From the NCBI GenBank assembly GCA_964202905.1, contig CAXNJO010000004.1, positions 512,001-576,000 on the forward strand: 64,000 nucleotides of DNA, read 5' to 3'. Each line of letters opens with the position of its first letter. Within the stretch, counting starts at the first letter, position 1. The stretch is from Polyangiales bacterium. Lineage in GTDB: Bacteria; Myxococcota_A; Polyangia; Polyangiales; JADJQN01. The translations under genes and the position numbers were made by a program. A model generated the notes under the pieces. It did not search any database, was not told the origin of the DNA, and saw nothing but the letters and a program-made list of their open reading frames with translations. Below, in pieces: positions 61,544 to 64,000 of this stretch.

Positions 61544-62857
61544 ATGCAGTCCGAAGTCACGGAAATCAGCCCGGTTCTCGTCGAAGTGAAGGTCGAGGTC
61601 CCCTGGGACGAGGTGCGCAAGGACATGGACGCAGCCTACGCGCGCACGCAGCAGACCGCGCGCATCAAGGGCTTCCGCCCGGGCAAGGTGCCCCGCAGCG
61701 TCGTGAAGCAGCTCTTCGGCGCGCAGGTGAAGCACGAGGCGCTCTCCTCCCTCGTCGAGAAGGGCCTGCTCGCCGCCATGGCGCAACACAATCTCGAGCC
61801 CGTCGCCTCGCCCGAGGTGCTCCCCTCCCCGCTCACCGAGGGGCAGCCCATGTCCTTCACCGCGAAGCTCGAGATCCGTCCCCGCATCGCCGAACTCGAG
61901 ACGGCGGGGCTCGAGGTCGCGCGTCCGTCCGCGGAGGTCCCTGATGCCGACGTGGACCGTGAGATCGAGCGTCTCCGCCTCGAGAACGCGACGGTCGCCG
62001 CTCCGGAGCCTGCACGCCCCGCGCAGAAGGGCGACCTGCTCGTCATCGACTACGTGGTCTCCCTCGACGGCGCGAAGCGCGAGGACATGGGCGCCACGGA
62101 GCGCCCGGTCGAGCTCGACGGCGAGCGCCTGCTCCCGGAGTTCGAGGCCGGGCTGATCGGCGCGAACGTCGGCGACGAGCGCACCATCGACGTGAAGTTC
62201 CAGGACGACCACGGCAACGAGGCGCTTCGCGGCCAGACCGCCCAATTCCACGTGACCATCAAGGAACTCAAGGAGCGCATCCTCCCCGCGATCGACGACG
62301 AATTCGCGAAGGACTGCGGCGACTTCCAGACGCTCCTCGAGTTGCGGCTCGACGTTCGCAAGCGCCTTGAAGAGTCCGCCCGCCGTCGCGCCGAAGGTGC
62401 GCTCCGCGACCTCGTCGTCGAGCGCCTCGTCGACAAAAATCCGATCATCGTGCCGCCCTCCATGGTCAAGGAGGAGCAGAAGCAGATGGTGCACGAGTTC
62501 GCGCAATTCCTCTCCATGACAGGCCAGACCTCGACGCCGCTCAGCGAGGAGATGCACGCGTCGATGAGCTCGCGGGCCGAGCGCAAGGTCCGCGCGGCGC
62601 TCCTCCTCGGCGAGCTCGCGCGCCGCGAGTCGCTCTCCGTGACGCCCGACGAGCTCGAGAAGCGCCTCGCCGAGATCGCGGCACGCACCGGCAAGCACAT
62701 CGCCAAGGTGCGCGTGGACTACGCGGGCGAGCGGCGCGAACAGCTCTCTGCGCAGATCCTGCAGGACAAGCTCCTCGACTATCTCCTCTCGAAGGCTACG
62801 ATCGTCGACGCTCCGGCCGAGGCGGCCGGTGCCGCTGTTTCCGAGGGGGCCGGATGA
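61544..62857 (+). CDS. tig: Trigger factor
   Basis: [10 protein letters not shown] signature, FKBP domain (GD..VIDY, FEAGLIG), upstream of clpP. Confidence 0.95.
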   Translation: MQSEVTEISPVLVEVKVEVPWDEVRKDMDAAYARTQQTARIKGFRPGKVPRSVVKQLFGAQVKHEALSSLVEKGLLAAMAQHNLEPVASPEVLPSPLTEGQPMSFTAKLEIRPRIAELETAGLEVARPSAEVPDADVDREIERLRLENATVAAPEPARPAQKGDLLVIDYVVSLDGAKREDMGATERPVELDGERLLPEFEAGLIGANVGDERTIDVKFQDDHGNEALRGQTAQFHVTIKELKERILPAIDDEFAKDCGDFQTLLELRLDVRKRLEESARRRAEGALRDLVVERLVDKNPIIVPPSMVKEEQKQMVHEFAQFLSMTGQTSTPLSEEMHASMSSRAERKVRAALLLGELARRESLSVTPDELEKRLAEIAARTGKHIAKVRVDYAGERREQLSAQILQDKLLDYLLSKATIVDAPAEAAGAAVSEGAG

Positions 62858-63465
62858 CATTCGACCACGCGCCGCGCGCATACATTCCGTTCCCGCAGGT
62901 GGTCGAGACGACCCACCGCGGCGAGCGCAGCTGGGACATCTACAGCCGCCTGCTGAAAGACCGCATCGTCTTCCTCGGCACCGAGATCAACGACGACGTC
63001 GCCAACATCATCATCGCGCAGATGTTGTTCCTCGAGAGCGAGGACCCCGACAAGGACATCACGCTCTACATCAACAGCCCCGGCGGCGTGATCACGAGCG
63101 GCCTCGCGATCTACGACACCATGCAGTACGTCCGGTGTCCGGTCTCCACGGTCTGCCTGGGGCAGGCCGCGTCGATGGCCGCGGTCATTCTTGCCGCCGG
63201 CGCCAAAGGCCGGCGCAAGTGCCTGCCCAACTCGCGCGTGATGATCCATCAGCCGCATGGCGGCGCGCGCGGTCAGGCCTCCGACATCGAGATCCAGGCC
63301 AAGGAGATCCTCTTCCTCCGCCAGCGGATCAACGAGATCCTCGCGCGCCATACCGGACAGCTCGAGTCGAAGATCAAGGAAGACACCGAGCGCGACCGCT
63401 TCCTCGCTGCCCCCGACGCGCGCGAATACGGGATCGTCGACGACGTGATCATCCCGAGGAAGTAG
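62854..63465 (+). CDS. clpP: ATP-dependent Clp protease proteolytic subunit
   Basis: [34 protein letters not shown]. Confidence 0.97.
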   Translation: MTFDHAPRAYIPFPQVVETTHRGERSWDIYSRLLKDRIVFLGTEINDDVANIIIAQMLFLESEDPDKDITLYINSPGGVITSGLAIYDTMQYVRCPVSTVCLGQAASMAAVILAAGAKGRRKCLPNSRVMIHQPHGGARGQASDIEIQAKEILFLRQRINEILARHTGQLESKIKEDTERDRFLAAPDAREYGIVDDVIIPRK

Positions 63466-63488
63466 CCCGCTCCGGCCTGGCCGGTTGC

Positions 63489-63517
63489 TTGCCCCCCGGG
63501 ATCCCGAGAACTAGACT
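63489..63517 (+). promoter_or_regulatory. Putative promoter of clpX (TTGCCC-17-TAGACT)
   Basis: Canonical spacing in the clpP-clpX gap. Confidence 0.5.
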
Positions 63518-63601
63518 CTCTGCCCGGGTGACAAGGCTCGCCCCGAAGTCGATAGTCGGACGGTTCGTCCTGTCGGTTGCTCGTTTCAGAAGAGGCACAC
63601 A

Positions 63602-64000
63602 GTGGATCGACGGCGCGACGACGGGCACGGCAACCTCCAGTGTTCCTTCTGCGGCAAGTCCCAGAAGGAAGTGAAGAAGCTCATCGCGGGCCCGACGGTC
63701 TACATCTGCGATGAGTGCATCGGGCTCTGCAACGACATCATCGCCGAGGAGGTCGACCGCGAGGACAACTTCTCCTCGGGGACACCCCTGCCGAAGCCCG
63801 TCGAGATCAAGAACGTCCTCGACGAGTACGTGATTGGTCAAGACCGCGCGAAGAAGACGCTCGCGGTCGCGGTGCACAACCACTACAAGCGGATCGACTC
63901 CCGCATCGGCCAAGAAGACGTCGAACTTCAAAAGTCGAACATCCTGCTGCTCGGCCCGACGGGCTCCGGCAAGACCCTGCTCGCCCAGACGCTGGCCCGC
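63602..64000 (+). CDS. clpX: ATP-dependent Clp protease ATP-binding subunit (partial, not in ORF track)
   Basis: Manual translation [40 protein letters not shown]...[20 protein letters not shown]...[23 protein letters not shown]. Confidence 0.97.
   Translation, partial: MDRRRDDGHGNLQCSFCGKSQKEVKKLIAGPTVYICDECIGLCNDIIAEEVDREDNFSSGTPLPKPVEIKNVLDEYVIGQDRAKKTLAVAVHNHYKRIDSRIGQEDVELQKSNILLLGPTGSGKTLLAQTLAR

Overview
Very GC-rich, densely coding chromosomal window with no phage, IS, integron or CRISPR signal. The gene content (TIGR04551-like barrel, DUF507, Cys-rich and 'DAG'-linker lipoproteins, kinase-STAND-TPR protein) points to a myxobacterium, probably Polyangiales/Sandaracinaceae-like; this is inference. 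Most of it is housekeeping: rnpB (cut at the left edge), FAH hydrolase, a peptide ABC permease/SBP cluster, ridA, xth, crt-hbd-thiolase-meaB, tRNA-Val(CAC), an S1 paralog, an ECF sigma, nadA, prfB with its programmed +1 frameshift, lysS, lolE-lolD-bamA-skp-tolC-mlaC, a CRP-type regulator, gmk, a GMC oxidoreductase pair, radA, rnj, dCMP deaminase and tig-clpP-clpX (cut at the right edge). Best candidates for something undescribed: (1) a MerR-like regulator plus a Cys-rich stand-alone sigma70 region-4 protein behind an AT-rich, palindrome-dense promoter; (2) a catalytically degenerate PEP-synthase/rifampin-phosphotransferase-like protein inside the acyl-CoA cluster; (3) an ECF sigma with a frameshifted anti-sigma-like gene ending in a TonB-C/AgmX-like domain; (4) a window-wide signature of leaderless transcripts; (5) a graded C-run repeat in the tig leader. 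All family calls come from motifs recognised by eye. No searches were run.
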